Shown here in pieces: positions 1 through 14,381 of a stretch of DNA of 64,000 bases. A model generated the notes under the pieces. That model had not been told where the DNA came from. It worked only from the letters and a program-made list of their open reading frames with translations, and did not search any database. This stretch comes from Octopus sinensis (Eukaryota). The stretch is taken from positions 32,860,001-32,924,000 of the forward strand of contig NC_043004.1 in the NCBI RefSeq assembly GCF_006345805.1, in the 5' to 3' direction. The first letter of the stretch is position 1, and each line of letters starts with the position of its first letter. Both the position numbers and the translations under genes were made by a program.

Positions 1-1025
1 TTAAGATATATTCATCTTCTTCATTAATCTAAGTTATGGTCAGCTTTCATATCTTTCTTGCATTCTTGGTATAATTTTGATATGTTTTTTTTTTCCTGAC
101 ATAGATCTTTAGTGAAACAGTGAAGAAAAAAAATACCATTTCTAAAATCTGTTATCAGTGCTTGGAATACTTTATTTACGGTTGTTTCTGTACTGTTTTA
201 GTACTCGACACAAATTTACCGATTCTAATCAAGTTTGAAAAATCAGCTCATTTGTCATAAAATCGAATTTTATGTAAAAATTGGTACACTTTTGTTGAGT
301 TTCTGAGCAGGAGACTTAACACATTGGACTCAGGGTTATTTCTGATATTTGGATTTCTCAGAATAGGCACTAAACATTCAAAGACTCCACGAGTGGGAAA
401 TTTGTCTTGGCCATGGACACTGAGTAAGTCCAATGATAAATTTATGGTCTACGTGTCATACGTCGGGTATGATATGATACTAGTAACCCAGCTATCTCGA
501 CAAAACCACATCATACTAACACACCAAACATACTAACACATTTCTTTATATCATATTATATCAATTGATATATCGTATCACCTCTAGATACGGTATACTA
601 TAACAATAGATACTACATCATATCACAGCTTCCATTGCTATATACAACTCATTGTGACTCACCGACTGAATTCTATTTTCATTAGTTTTTGCATGAATAA
701 CGTTATGATTATGTCACTGAGTGCCCGACTCATTGGCTCAGCATTTTAGCGCCTGAGTATGTCATGGAGACGTGTTCCCTTAACGGGATACTCAAGTGGA
801 ACCAGCGTGACGCATTGTATGATAAGGTGGTACCTTCATGAATTACAGGTATAACTCACTCGATGGGCTTCTATGCAGTTTCCGTCTACTTAATCTAACT
901 CATGAGTGTGGGTCGACACTCTACCCAAAATGTCATTCAACGGAAGCGAAACTGGGACCTTAAAAATGCTAAGCGAATTTATTAATTTTTTGTCTGCGTA
1001 TGTGAGAGAGGGAAAGAGAGAGATA

Positions 1026-1121
<96 letters not shown>

Positions 1122-1466
1122 TTGTAGTCTTGATTCTAAAATAGGTTTTTTTTTCCTGAATTCGTCGTCGATTCTGGATAGTTGTTGATTCCTTTAGCTT
1201 ATCTTCCCTTCTCATACGGAATCTGTCGTAATTACCACCAGGTATTTGTTTACATTCTCTCGAAGCAAAAGTAATTTTAATAAATCAAGAATTTATAGTG
1301 TATCGTATTTAACTTACCGTTATTCGTCTTTGCTGTCCAAATTCATGCCCCTGGCTACTCTGAGTTATTTCTCTTAGCGCAGTTTGTTTTTCATTTATGC
1401 ACACACACACACACACACACAGACATACACACACACACTTACAGACACACACACATATATAGTAAA

Positions 1467-1741
1467 GTTTATAAGCCAACAGAATGTGGCAGTCCTATAA
1501 AGGACGATGCTACCGTTATTTAAGCCCCAGGAAAACATCTTTTCCAGCTGGTCGTCAACACAGAGTCAGTGTCCGTATAGCATTTTCAAGAGAGGTCATC
1601 GCCCCCATCTCTAGCCTTACGTGACACTCACAAAAGAGGTAGACCGTATGTCGATGGCCAGGTGGAAACATGTTTTCCTGGGGCTAAAACAACAGCAACA
1701 TCGTCCTTTATAGGACTGCCACATTCTGTTGGCATATAAAC
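1467..1741. mobile_element. Fold-back element / MITE with ~100-bp inverted arms
   Basis: gtttataagccaacagaatgtggcagtcctataaaggacgatg...gccccaggaaaacat is mirrored by atgttttcctggggc...catcgtcctttataggactgccacattctgttggcatataaac. Confidence 0.75.
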
Positions 1742-1805
1742 ATTACCATTTGGTACTGTTATTGTATAGCTCTCGTTCATTTTGTTAAAACAAATATATG
1801 TATAT

Positions 1806-1882
<77 letters not shown>

Positions 1883-2289
1883 CGTGCGTGCGTCTGTGTG
1901 TGTATGTGAGTGTATGTATGGTATGCATATATGTATCAAAACAAGAGATTGGAAAAAGTGTTTGGTATTATTTAGTCACCATTACACGTGTTTCATTTGC
2001 TAAAAGGAATCAGAAAATTGCACATACAGAAAAAACATGCAAGAAATTTCCTATCAGAAAATCTTTCTGACCCAGAATCAAACAATAATGTGTAATGAGG
2101 AATAAATAATACCAAAAAAGTTTTCCTGTCTCGTATTTTGATATGCAATTACTCTGCAAAAACTACTTCCCAGTATTTTTCAGCTCTTATGCACACCTCA
2201 CACAAAGTAATAAATACAATTTTGGAGAACCGGAATAGGCAGACGTGCTTGAAGAGTACACAGCTTGGATTACATACATACATATATAC

Positions 2290-2520
2290 ATAGGAGGGTT
2301 CACGAAAAAAAAGCAAAACAAAAGACGAAGACAGGTGGTGTACAAAACAAACAGATGTATTAGTATAACGCTCAGGAATAGAAAAAGTCTTTTACGTTTC
2401 GAGCCTACGCTCTTCTACTGAAAGTGACACAGAAAAAAACAAAGAGAGAAACAAGGAGAGAAAAAAATGTGTGTAGTGGCTACCGATCTATCATGGCGAC
2501 TGCCGGACAGAAGGGTCACA
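2290..2520 (-). mobile_element. Penelope-like terminal repeat fragment (related copy at 18725-18950)
   Basis: Dispersed repeat with the gaagagcgtaggctcgaaacgt motif typical of Penelope-like termini; clear similarity to 18725-18950. Confidence 0.55.
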
Positions 2521-5265
2521 CATATACATACATGCATACATACATACATACATACATACATACATACATACATACATACATACATACATACATGCGTGCA
2601 TACATTCATACATACATACATACATACGTACGTACGTCTAGATATGCAACTATATGCATGAAAATACATACATAAAACATAAATCTGTACATACATACAT
2701 ACAAAAATACCCTGTTGTTGATGTTGAAATTCCAATGAAAGAGACTTGGATCTGGGTTAGAAACCGGTTCTTTCTCTGTTGGCAAGAAATTATGAAAGAA
2801 ACTGAATAATGGTACATACATGAAATGGATTCTTCTGTCGTTCGATGTATGATGAGTCCAACTGCTGTAAGACTCTCCACTCACTTGATTTGTTTTCAGT
2901 GGTGAAGGCTTGTGTAAGAAGAGCTGCTCTTGTTTCCATTGCTAGCAGAAAGCTGATGCAAATTTTTGGCGCAAATACAATGGACAACACACTTCAACCT
3001 TTATTATTAGAGTTGGTCATCTCTTGAGTTAATTGTCTTTGTCATGGCTTAGAGTCGAATTCGCTCTTCTAGCTAAATGCACACTTGGGTACCAAACCAG
3101 AAATTTTAAAGTCCTCATGTATACCTACCTACCTACCTACCTAAACCCACCTACCTACCTACCTACCTACCTACCTACCTACCTACCTACCTCCTACCTA
3201 CCTACCTACCTACCTACCTAGTTATCTATCTACTTACACACAAACTCACTCCAGATGCATATATTCATGGCATGTGTTTGGGTGAATTAATCCACCCTTT
3301 GACGGATCTTGTTTCATCCTGTAGGGTATCCAAAAGTTACCCTACTCACCTGTATACGACAAGCCTCCCCATACTTTCGGTGAATGAAATCCCATTCCCA
3401 AGGAACTAATCAACTCAAAACTGAAGTATAAGACATTAAACAAGGTGCCAACGTTCTGCTTATTGGCATCCAACCCTGAAGCACGTGATTGCAAAGAGCA
3501 CGTCGTTGCGAAGGGAGATAATTAACCACACCCCTTCTCTCTCTCAACCCTTGACAACATCACAAACAACACCATTTTAGAAGTACAATGTGGTGTTAGA
3601 TGATTGTTCCACTTATTCAGCGGAGTAACCAAGCCTTCGGCGGAAAAGTACCAAACCATCTTTAAAACCAGGAAATCCTTTTTGGTCCCTAAATCTAAAA
3701 GCAATGTACCATCACAATGAAGCCGGAAAAGGGCAAAATTTGCTAAAACAACCGAGAGTCGTAGATTTATTTCAACAAGCTAATTCCATCTGAGTTGGAT
3801 CCGATTTCATCAAATATCTTTTTCCATGGCCTCCGCTTGGCTCAAGACTTGGGTGTGAAATTGAGTATAAGGAAATTATGAAGAAGGCCATCTTGGACCG
3901 TTACCAAAACAACACAGGATGAGGGCTTGAATGCCTCTGATCATAAATGTGCACGGGTTGGTCTTGGGTTAATAAACCGTAATAGTGACTCCATGACGCT
4001 TATTCATTGCGAGACGAAGAATGATCAGTGTTGGAGTTCTGCTGTTTGAAATAATCGCAATCGTTTATCTAAGTGAACACGAAACCTATGGTGCATCAAA
4101 ACGGTTGCTCGGTAACCTATATTCAGATATACAGCGTGAGAAATCTACACAGTCAACAGGTATTTCATTAATGAATACACTCAGGTGATTAGACCGTGAA
4201 ATTGTTTTTAGTCACTCATTACAAAAAATTCGGCTGGCATGAAAAAAGAAAAAGAAAGCAAAAAATTAGAAAACCAAATCAAAATTTAAAACAGACTATA
4301 TTTGGATATTAATGATGGGATAAAGGTGACGTAATATTGTGTCTTTGTACACTTAACTTCCAATTCATCTGATTTATATCCGATTCTGGTAATGTCTCTA
4401 TGAATACATCCTATTTCCAGAAATACTATTTATACATGCCGGAAGAAAAATATCTTATTTACTGTATATGTTTTGATTTATTTTTAAATATACGAGCGCT
4501 AACCTGCTATATGAAAGGTATTATTTTAGCAGTGCAATGTACTTTTAGGTATATATAGTAATTTCTTCGTATATAATTTTGCATAAGAGTAGGGGATATA
4601 TGTCAAAATATGTGAATTAGAGAAGGAGAGGTTAAATGAGAAAGATAACTCTGAGAAACTGACGAAGGCTCAGACTCTAGTTGAGAAACGAATCAAATTA
4701 GCGAACTCTTTTCAGCCAGGCGCTTATCGGTAAAAGCGTGGTTTTCGCCCCTGTCCTCACGAGTGTAGCTATACCTTTGCAAACTGGGCGACAACAGCAG
4801 AAATATAAATGTTGGAGCTTCTCCCCACCATCACAGTCTGGGGGAATTAATATAAGATTTACCCAATTTTAGTATATACAAACATACAACTGACCGCGCA
4901 TAATTTTAAAATTAATCCCCCCACCATCCCCATCTCTATCCTCTTATGAACCCACACCTCTACAGCACCCGCCCTCACCCTCTTCTAACCCCAACTTATA
5001 AGCAAATATCATGTACAGCAAGGTGGCTATTTTCATCCTAATACAGGGGACAATTCTCCACTGAATTAAATCGCGTCTTGTGTTTGACTTGAGTGATTTT
5101 TTCCAAGATTTTGGTTCCGTTCTTTAACAACAGTCGCAAACACACAAACTGGATGTAAGACTCGCAGGACTCCCGCGGCGAAGACTCACGCGCCATAAGT
5201 TCCTTTCATCCATTTCCGTAAAATGGAATAATTTGGCTATTATGAGATTATAGCATTGTAGTTCA

Positions 5266-5427
5266 CGCGCAGGCGCGGCTGTGTGGTAAGAAGTTTGCTT
5301 CCCAACCATATGGTTCCTGCTACAGTCCAACTAAGTGGTACATTGGGCAAGTGTCTTCTACTATGACCTCGGATCGACCAAAGCTTCGCGCGTGGATTTG
5401 GTGAACGGAAACTGAAGAAGCCTGTCA

Positions 5428-5494
<67 letters not shown>

Positions 5495-6110
5495 TATATA
5501 TATTATACATATACATATATATATATACATATACATATATATATATATATAACACTACTATATATATAGATATATAGTCGATATGTTTCTTTAGATATAT
5601 CAAAAGAAAGAAACATACTCTAAAGAATAGAACGGTAAATATTAAAACACAAAAGTAAAATTCTGGTCACAGATTGACCTGAATTTAAAGGTTTGTTTTA
5701 ATGTATATTAAAGCCTTGTGAATGGATTTGGTTGACTGAAACTGAAGAAGCACGTCGTATATATATATATACTATATATAATATATATATATCTATATAT
5801 ATCTATATATATACTATATTATATATATATATATAGATATATATATATATATATAGACACATATATATTATCTATATAGATATATATGTGTGTGTGTTTG
5901 CGTGTTTGTGGTGTACCCCACCATCACTTGACAACCGATGCTGGAATGTTTACGTCCCCGTAACGTAGCGGTTCGGCAAAAGAGACCGATAGGATAAGTA
6001 CTAGGCTTACAATGAATAAATCGTGGGGGTCGATTTGCTCGACTAAAGGCGATGCCCTAGCATGGCCACAGTCAAATGACTGAAACAAATAAAACAATAA
6101 AATAAAAGAA
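5266..6110 (+). mobile_element. tRNA-derived SINE family A (two partly nested copies with internal (TA)n/(TG)n)
   Basis: Head ggctgtgtggtaag...; core aaagccttgtgagtggatttgg..ggaaactgaagaagcc; tail ccagcatggccacagtcaaatgactgaaacaa. Confidence 0.85.
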
Positions 6111-6340
6111 AAATAATACAAAGAGCGTAAGACCATCATTTAAAATAACGATCATATCAAGTGACTAACATGAAAAAACCGTATGGGTAATAATTATTAT
6201 AGGTGTATAATAATATAAGTATAATTATAATTAAGGGTCCTGAAATATTTTATTACTAAGCCAGAAATCGTCGATCTGAGATTAACCATAAATTTTTCGC
6301 TAATTTCTTAGTTCAATTATCTTTTCACCTATGCTATTGA

Positions 6341-6440
6341 NNNNNNNNNNNNNNNNNNNNNNNNNNNNNNNNNNNNNNNNNNNNNNNNNNNNNNNNNNNN
6401 NNNNNNNNNNNNNNNNNNNNNNNNNNNNNNNNNNNNNNNN
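6341..6440. other. Assembly gap (100 N)
   Basis: A run of exactly 100 N, typical of a gap of unknown size. Confidence 0.99.
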
Positions 6441-6699
6441 TACATGCCTTGTCATGGAATTTAAAAAGGGATGGATTGACGGGTATATATAATTAATGCT
6501 CCGGAGAGATATGTTGAAAGCCACTCTGACGCCGTCTGAAGGATCCTGCATGAGTATTTGCTGAACAAAAATATATTTGATGCTAGTTTTGGTGATATCT
6601 TAGTGTGATCTCGGACAGAAAGCCCCGTTGAATTAGTCTTAGTATACGGAATTTATCCAAGTCGGTTGGTGAACTTTTAGTTTCCGACAGTCATTTATT

Positions 6700-7035
6700 C
6701 CTTAACTTGTTTCAGTCTCTGGACTGCAGCAATATTAGGGCACTTCTTTGAAGAATTTACCCCAAACGGATCGACACCGGTACTTATATTTAAAAAAAAC
6801 ATGGTACTTATTCGCTTTGACGAACATTATGCCACTGGAACGTAAACAAACCAACACTGATTGCTAAGCAGTAGACATATAAACAAAGACAGGCACGCGT
6901 GGGCGCACAAACACACATGTATACGATGGGATTCCGCGCAATCTCCGTTTACCAAATTCACTCATATGGTATTGGTCAGCTTGGTGCTATAGAAGAAGAT
7001 ACTTTGCCAAAGAGCTGTGGTGCAGCAGGATTGAA
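6700..7035 (-). mobile_element. SINE family A, degraded
   Basis: Reverse complement of the family A tail and core. Confidence 0.6.
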
Positions 7036-7559
7036 CGGGGAACCGCTCGATGACGAAGTCAACTTCTTCAACATAAAGCTTTGTTTACAATTTGCTGTTT
7101 TCTTGTGATTGCAATCTGACCAAAAGATGAATGTAATATTGTGAACAAGAAAAGACATTTCCTATTTTAAAATTCTATAAATATCTTTTGGGTTCCTTAC
7201 TTTAATATTTAAACATTTATGATGAATATTTGAGCGTTTCCGTTGATTAATAATTATGTAATTATTCCAGCTTTTTCGTAAATCTATTTTATATTTAGTG
7301 ACAAACACACATTTAGTGAAGACGCGTGGCCTTCTGGTTGGGGAGCTGCACTTACAATCTTTAGCTCGCGGTTTCGACTCCGGGACCAGGCGATTCTTGA
7401 GCAAAACACTTCATTTCCACTCAGCTGTAATATGTAACCCTTCGACAGGCTGTTGTCCCGTCTAGTGGGTAGTTTTGGGATTTCGGTCCCATGTACGCCA
7501 TGGAAACTGCTATGAGTCGCAGGACCGGAGACAGAAATGTCCAGAAGTTGTTGATGATG

Positions 7560-8046
7560 ATAGGCACAGGCGTTGCTGTGTGGTAAGAGGCTCGCTTCCC
7601 AACCATATGGACGGAAACTAAAAGAAGCCTGTCGTATATACACACACACATATATTCTTTTATTCGTTTACTTGCTTCAGTCGTTTGGCTGCGGCCATGC
7701 TGGAGCAAATTGACGCCAGTACTTATTCTTTATAAACCTAGTACTTATTCCATCGCTAAGTTACGGGGACGTAAGCACACCAGCATAGATTGTCAAGCAA
7801 TGTTGGGGGTGGGTGGTGACAAATAGAGACACACACTCAAATGCATATATATATATATATATATATATAAACACGACGGGCTTCTTTCAGTTTCAGTCTA
7901 CCAAATCCACTCACAAGGCTTTGGTCGGCCCGAGGCTATAGTAGAAGACACTTTCCCAAGGTGCCATGCAGTCGGACTGAACCTGGAACCATGTAGTTGG
8001 TAAGCAAGCTACTTACCAATGAGCCACTCCTACGCCTATAATATAT

Positions 8047-8078
<32 letters not shown>

Positions 8079-8083
8079 ATATA

Positions 8084-8116
<33 letters not shown>

Positions 8117-8320
8117 TTGTGTATCTGTGTTTGTCCTCCCACCATCGACTGACAACTGAAGTGGTGTTTACGTCACCGTAACTTTGCGATTCGGGAATAG
8201 AGACCGATAGAATAAGTACTAGGCTTACAAAGAATAAGTCCTGGGTTCGATTTGTTCGACTAAAGGCGGTGCTCCAACATGGTCGCAGTCAGATGACTGA
8301 AACGAGCAAAAGAATAAAAG
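7560..8320. mobile_element. Cluster of SINE A pieces: + head 7560-7635, full - copy ~7655-8038, + tail ~8125-8320
   Basis: Direct similarity to the other family A copies in both orientations. Confidence 0.85.
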
Positions 8321-8553
8321 AATGGTGATGATGACGATTAGGAAACATATTTATTAGCAGTGGGTGGGTGGGGAAGCAGTGGTGTTCATGGATTTCTGTA
8401 AATGCCTAAGTTAAGCAAAATATACTTCCAAGCGAATGCAGAAGCTTCATGAAATATCCAGCTGACACGTTGTAAATATTCTCCATACCTTGTGCGAATA
8501 TATTAATAAATGTTTGAAATATTTTATTTTTCATATAGACTGATAAGCGCAAA

Positions 8554-8608
8554 ATGAAACTAACAGTTATCTCTTTGCTACTCACCTTCGGAATATGGAA
8601 AGTTTATG
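8554..8608 (+). CDS. Chitinase coding exon 1, signal peptide MKLTVISLLLTFGIWKVY(G)
   Basis: ATG at 8554, hydrophobic core, strong donor G|GTAAGT at 8609 in phase 1, which matches exon 2. An acceptor-like ttttatttttcatatag ends at 8538, suggesting an unlocated upstream 5'UTR exon. Confidence 0.85.
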
Positions 8609-9380
8609 GTAAGTTGATTTCACTTAACACTTTACCATAAAAGGACATGAAACAGTTATTTATGAATAGAAAGAATAAATATTTTGATGCTATTTTTCTT
8701 TGTTGTTAGGGCAGTATTGTTGTTCTTATGAATAGCTTTGTTGATAATGAAAAAAAAAAATATTTGCTTATTTAGAGCAGAAGACTTAGTACTTGATTTG
8801 TACCTTTTGTGAATTATTGGTTCTTATTGGAAGAAATCGATCCACAGACGACGTACAACTTTCAAATCCCGCCATAGTGGGCTTTGATTTTCCATCCTTT
8901 CCGGATCAGTAAAATACAAACAAGGCATACAGAGAGGTAAGAAGATTTATTTAGATTTAATCCACTGCAGTCGTCTCCTTTGAATTTACGTCTGTGTACC
9001 AGCTGCGATAAATCTGCTAATAAATCCACACGAATTCTCGACAAAGTACGTAAACCATTGTATTCGAAAGTATTTTGTAAAGAGCTTGATATAATGAGCG
9101 GACAATTAAGCTGCAATCTCGTTGTTTGTTTAATTAGTTGCAATAAGCTATTATTGGTGTAGATCTTGTTTAGTCCCCGGACTTCCTCGATCAAGTGGGT
9201 CTATGACCAAAGGGGTTCCTGTCTTGATCTTGAAGGGAAAGTTTTTGCATGTCAAAGGGGACAATATTATCCAATGCATCCTTAAAAAAAAATAAATGGA
9301 TGAGTGTGAAAAGCGTCAGTATGTGTGTGTATCTCAGCGCGCGTGTTCGTGTGTGCCCGTATGTATGTGTGCTTGGTGAA

Positions 9381-9710
9381 GGCGCGTGGCTTAGTGGTTA
9401 GGGAATTCGGCTCACGATTGTAAGGTCGTGAGTTCAATTCCCGGCGACTCGTTGTGTCCATGAGCAAGACACTTTATTTCACGCTGCTCCAGTCCACTCA
9501 GCTGGCAAAAATGAGAAGTAACTGTATTTCAAAAGGGCCGGCCTTGTCACACTCAGCGTCACGCTGAGTCTCCATGAGAACTACGTTAGAGGTAAACGTG
9601 TCTATGGATTGCTCAGTCATTTGCACGTTAATTTCACGAGCCGGCTGTTCCGTTGATCGGATCAGCTGGGACCCTCGTCGTCGTAGCCGACGGAGTGCTC
9701 CTATGTGTGC
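9381..9710 (+). mobile_element. tRNA-derived SINE family C (related - copy at 38310-38672)
   Basis: A box tggcttagtgg and B box gttcaattcc; body shared with 38310-38672. Confidence 0.8.
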
Positions 9711-9925
9711 TTGAGTGTGTGTGACTTTGGCTGCTATTTCTAGCGGGCAATGTGACCTCATTAACACTCCCTCATTGGTTTGTTGCTTAATTGCTGAGAG
9801 ACAGACGGATATGTCCTGTTCGACTCGGATGATGTCGGCAAAAACACAGGACTTTTAAGGAAACTCCCCCATCTTCATATAGAAAGCATTTATGTTGTAA
9901 TTACATGAGATAATCTCCCAGATGC

Positions 9926-10110
9926 CTCATCTTTTACTTCTTTCAGTCGTTAGACTGCGGTCTTGCTGGAGCACTGCCTCGAAGAATTTTAGTCGAAAGA
10001 ATCGACCCCAGGATTTATATATATTTTGAAGTCTGGTAGCTGTTCTATCGGTCTTTTGTCTAACCCAGTGGTTCAGGGAACGTAAACACACCAATACCGG
10101 TTTGTCAGTC
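9926..10110 (-). mobile_element. SINE family A, 3' half
   Basis: Reverse complement of the family A tail. Confidence 0.8.
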
Positions 10111-10656
10111 AGTGATGGAGGAGAAACACAGACACAAAGACACGCGCACACACATACATAAGCACACGTACGCACACACACACACACACACACACACAGA
10201 CAGACGGGGACAGACATACAACACGCAAGCGCACACGCATATACACACACGCATGCACGCACGCACATTCACACAGACAGACAGAGAGAGACACACGCAC
10301 ACACACTCACACAGACAGACAGAGGGACACACGCACACGCACACTCATACATACATACAGACAGACAGAGGGGGACACACACACGCATGCACACGCACTC
10401 ACGCCAGCCCGCACACTTACTTACATATACACACACACAACTTGCTTCTTTCGTCTTCCGTCCTTCAGGCTGCGAGGTAAATACTTTATCCAAGACAGAG
10501 CAAAATTTCCTGCAGCGACCAGACAAACCAGTTTAATTATTGCAGGCTGTTAATTTTTAATAAACTCTTGTCTTCTAATTAGCTGGTGTTTGCAGGAGAC
10601 TGCCACAAAAAGAACGTCTGTAAAACTGATAAACAATACTAAATCTTACTACCATA

Positions 10657-10713
<57 letters not shown>

Positions 10714-10744
10714 CATATATATAAATTTATACACACACACACAT

Positions 10745-10778
<34 letters not shown>

Positions 10779-10980
10779 GCACTAAATGAGAATAACTCTC
10801 CCCAGACAATAGTATATATCTATATAACGTGGCTACGAGTGGTATTGGAATCTAGAAGACCCAAAGAGTGTCACGTAACGCTAAGCGCTATGACCAGACC
10901 GTAGTTAAACTCTTGGTTCGGTAATGATACGAGTGAGGTGTCTAATGTCGGTCTTGTGTTAGCATGGATGTATATATTAA

Positions 10981-11145
10981 ACAGAATGAGATAACAAAGC
11001 CAAGACTGTGAGGAATTTTCAGGACATTTATAATGAAATAGTCTTACGGCTGTTTCTCAGAATATCTCAGAAACAGCTGTAAGACTATTTCATTATAAAT
11101 GTTATGAAAACTCCTCACAGCCTTGGCATTGTTATCTCATTCTGT
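10981..11145. mobile_element. Fold-back palindrome with ~80-bp arms and a 5-nt loop
   Basis: acagaatgagataaca...ctgtttctcag / ctcagaaacagctg...gttatctcattctgt, roughly 90% complementary. Confidence 0.8.
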
Positions 11146-11289
11146 CTAATTCTATATACATATATATATACATATATATATATGTATGTGTGTGTGTATG
11201 TGGTGTGTATATATTAAACAGAATATATAGATGTATATATATGTGTGTGTGTATATATTTGATAGAATATGTATATATATATATATATA

Positions 11290-11435
11290 CAGGTATAAGT
11301 TAGAAGTGTTTAAAGCCTCTAACTGATAGATATATCCAAAGGCACTCCTGGTGATTACCTCAGTAGGTATATTCCTTGGTAAAAGGTATGCGGCAGCAGG
11401 TAATAAAGCAGGTAAACCGTAGTTTAATTTATATA
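11290..11435 (+). repeat. Dispersed repeat, also at ~61922-62060
   Basis: Shared tagat.tatcc..aggcactcctggt.attacctcagta...ggtaa...aaggtaaaaccgt.gttt; both copies follow (TA)n. Confidence 0.6.
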
Positions 11436-11581
11436 GACGAGAAGAAAATGGAGTAAAAATAAACGGAAGTGTGTGTCTTTTGCGCTGGTAAGCCATTATT
11501 TATTTAGTAATCGAATAACGGATTGCTAGCGCAAAAGACACACACTTCTGTTTGTTATTTTTACTCCATTTTCTTCTCATC
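11436..11581. repeat. Inverted repeat with ~57-bp arms and a ~30-nt loop
   Basis: gagaagaaaatggagtaaaaat..gaagtgtgtgtcttttgcgct is mirrored by agcgcaaaagacacacacttc..atttttactccattttcttctc. Confidence 0.8.
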
Positions 11582-11600
11582 TCCCCCCTCTCTTCCCCCC

Positions 11601-11659
<59 letters not shown>

Positions 11660-11947
11660 TACATATATACATACATACATTATACATATATATATGTAAG
11701 TATTACTAATGATAAGGTGAACGGAGATTTCTCATATCAATAATTTTATTTAACAGTTATTCTGTATATATATATATATATATATGAATTATGTATGTAT
11801 CTTGATATTTAGCAGAAGTAACAGAGTGACTGAAGGGCCGAGAGTTTCGTGCGTTAATAAAAATATACATATACTCATATTTTGAGGGTTTTTTTCCTGT
11901 TTGCACCGCCATATCTGCGTGTGAGTGAGTGTGTGTGTCTCTGTGTG

Positions 11948-11983
<36 letters not shown>

Positions 11984-12910
11984 CTGAAGTGTACAGTATT
12001 ATATATCCTTTACGGCTGATCCTACCAATCAGTTTCACGCTATGGATTCAAGGGAGTGTTAAGTAATTATCCGGTTATGTAACTCTACGCTCATCAGAGG
12101 TAGTTTCTATTGAATGAAATATGACAACTACTCTCTATTTCGGGGGGTGAATAAACACAATGGTTTGCAGTTGCTGGGAAAATGATGATGGAATGAAACG
12201 AGTACGAGACTAAATTAATAGTTCTGTCCCTTGGTACAAAAACATCGTCTCTGTTGCAAGTCAGTAAGAATTATCTGGAAGTGTTCGTGGGAAATATGTG
12301 CGTCCTTAAGGTTGGCGTTCTTATGGAAATGGAATTTGTATAGCGGTGTTGTATGTGTATGTATAATCTTTGTAGGGGGTGTGCTCCTACACACACCGCA
12401 TGCACACATAAAACCTCACAAACTTAACCAATACATAAAAGAAAGAAAACATACTAACGGAGACAGATCTGTATGTCTACACCTCCGCAAACTTTATACA
12501 TAGAGTACCACTACACAAATTCCATTTCCACAAAAGACCAACCATTTTGCTTTCGAGTGTCTTTGTAATGTTTTATTTTATTTTTCAATTGGTGTGGTCT
12601 CGATGTAGAAGTTGCTCCCAGGCCTTCACATGTTCTCTGAGACAAGGTCAGTAACAAGGAAGACGGAACCGCGTTGGTGGGGGAGAGGAGAAAGTACGCC
12701 ATTTTATGATAACTCCATCATAAACAAAATGAACAAGCGAGGTTGCAAGAAATAAGAACCAGGTCTCCTTCAAAGTGCTATTTAACGTCCTAAAAATGGG
12801 ACAACATTTTTATCTGTTAGCTGATGGCTAAAGAAGATACGTTAAACTATTTATTCAAATAAAACTAATTGACTAATTTATCTTTTCTCATTCTGTTTTC
12901 TAATTATCAG

Positions 12911-13093
12911 GGGCCAACCAAATATTTTGTTATTACACTAGTTTCGCCCAAACACGAAGAGGAATTGGTAAATTTGTCCCAGAAAATATCAATCCATATC
13001 TGTGTACGCACATCATATTTGCTTTTGTCGACGTTTCCAGAGATGGTCGCAGTTTGGTTCCAGTTAACGATAATGATGTTCAACCCGAAAGAG
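12911..13093 (+). CDS. Chitinase exon 2: (G)ANQIFCYYTSFAQTRRGIGKFVPENINPYLCTHIIFAFVDVSRDGRSLVPVNDNDVQPER(G)
   Basis: Acceptor ttctgttttctaattatcag; GH18 N-terminal motifs CYYT and CTHIIFAF; donor is AG|GCAAGT (GC-AG). Confidence 0.93.
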
Positions 13094-14381
13094 GCAAGTC
13101 ATGTCAGATAATTCTATTAGAAAAGCCTGTTTACTCCGCCTTCAAACATTGACTAGAAACAAACACATTTTCAAATGTCTCAGTTTGATACGAGAAATAT
13201 AAATAACAGTTGTGACGTCAAGCCTTAACCAAGCAATTCAGTTACGAAAAGCACGTCATGAACTCAGAGAGGTGACAAACGTGCAGTTATACACGCATAC
13301 ATGCAACCATTGAATCACGTATAAATGTACGCACACGTGCATCTAAGTTAATAGATCAATATTTAATTATCTTTCTAAGATGATGACGTCAGAACGCCAG
13401 TATTTTTCTGTTTTTATCATGTCTTTACAATTTCAAGTCCAAATATCACAGGTGGCTTCATTATCTTTTGTCTTAACTGAATCAATACAAAGTTTACGTG
13501 TGTCGCTTCAATCCATTGAAACTCTTCTTTGCAAATTCGTTTCGCTAAATTATTATTAACACCAGCAGAACCCATGGAAACTCCGCAGCCTATTTTGCAG
13601 TATAGTATCAGCCATAAACATCTCACTCACTCACTCATAATCTCGTGTTGTTTCTTTCATAATCTTTTGATTAATTTCTGGGAAATCTTTTCTATTCTTT
13701 CCAGTTATATTTTCTCTTCAAACTATTTACTCGTTCCTATTTATGCAAAATGTTCTCGTCGATCGTCATCGTTCATTTTCTACTTTCTTTCAGCTTCGTA
13801 GTTCAACATACGACACCTAAATACGTTGTGCGTAAGCGTATAATATCCCCTCCACTGTCTCTCTCTTTCACACACACACACACACACGCGCGCACACACA
13901 ACTAATTGACGCCTGTGTGTGTATGCGCCAATAACGTTCGTATGTGTGTAAATGTGCAGGTGCCAGTAGCGGCCGTTTGAATCCCCATCTCTCTCTCTCT
14001 CTCTGTATAACATACACTTTTACCGTCCCCTATCCACAGCATGACAAACTTTTTACCCCATAGGAATTTATCGTTCGCACTTCAATGTAATAGATACATT
14101 TAATGCTGGGAACATTAAAAAGCAAATTAGAAATAAATACAGGAAGATTAAAAACAAAAGAAATGTTTCGTTTTTATTCTGACATCATTAGCAAATCATA
14201 AACTTCAATGAAGTTATTTAAATAGTGACAAATGAATTGCCAAGTAAATATACGAGGCTGTAAATGTGTTAATGTAGTTGAAGAGAATCATTGCAGAAAT
14301 AAATATTCAGAGAATTTATTGGCAGAAAAAACTATAGATTAGGTGGTGGAAGCATCTTACCAAATTGCCGTTGATTTAGAT

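Noticed and set aside
1318-1382. Possible minus-strand exon ending at a G|GTAAGT donor
   Set aside because: An isolated donor with no identifiable partner exons or protein similarity.
3240-4140. Non-repetitive, slightly GC-richer block
   Set aside because: All frames contain stops and I could not assign a family; possibly an old TE remnant.
4500-8538. Location of the chitinase non-coding first exon or promoter
   Set aside because: No supportable TSS can be called, and the 100-N gap at 6341-6440 breaks continuity.
8862-9194. 110-aa minus-strand ORF in intron 1
   Set aside because: No recognisable motif and no splice or expression support.
12030-12100. Hammerhead-like CTGATGA...GAAAC on - (also CTGAAGAG at ~25122 and CTGACGA at ~4660 on +)
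   Set aside because: Stem I or stem II cannot be closed convincingly.
13103-13108. Alternative canonical GT donor (T|gtcaga) for exon 2
   Set aside because: Poor consensus, and it inserts extra residues where GH18s align without a gap; the GC donor fits better.
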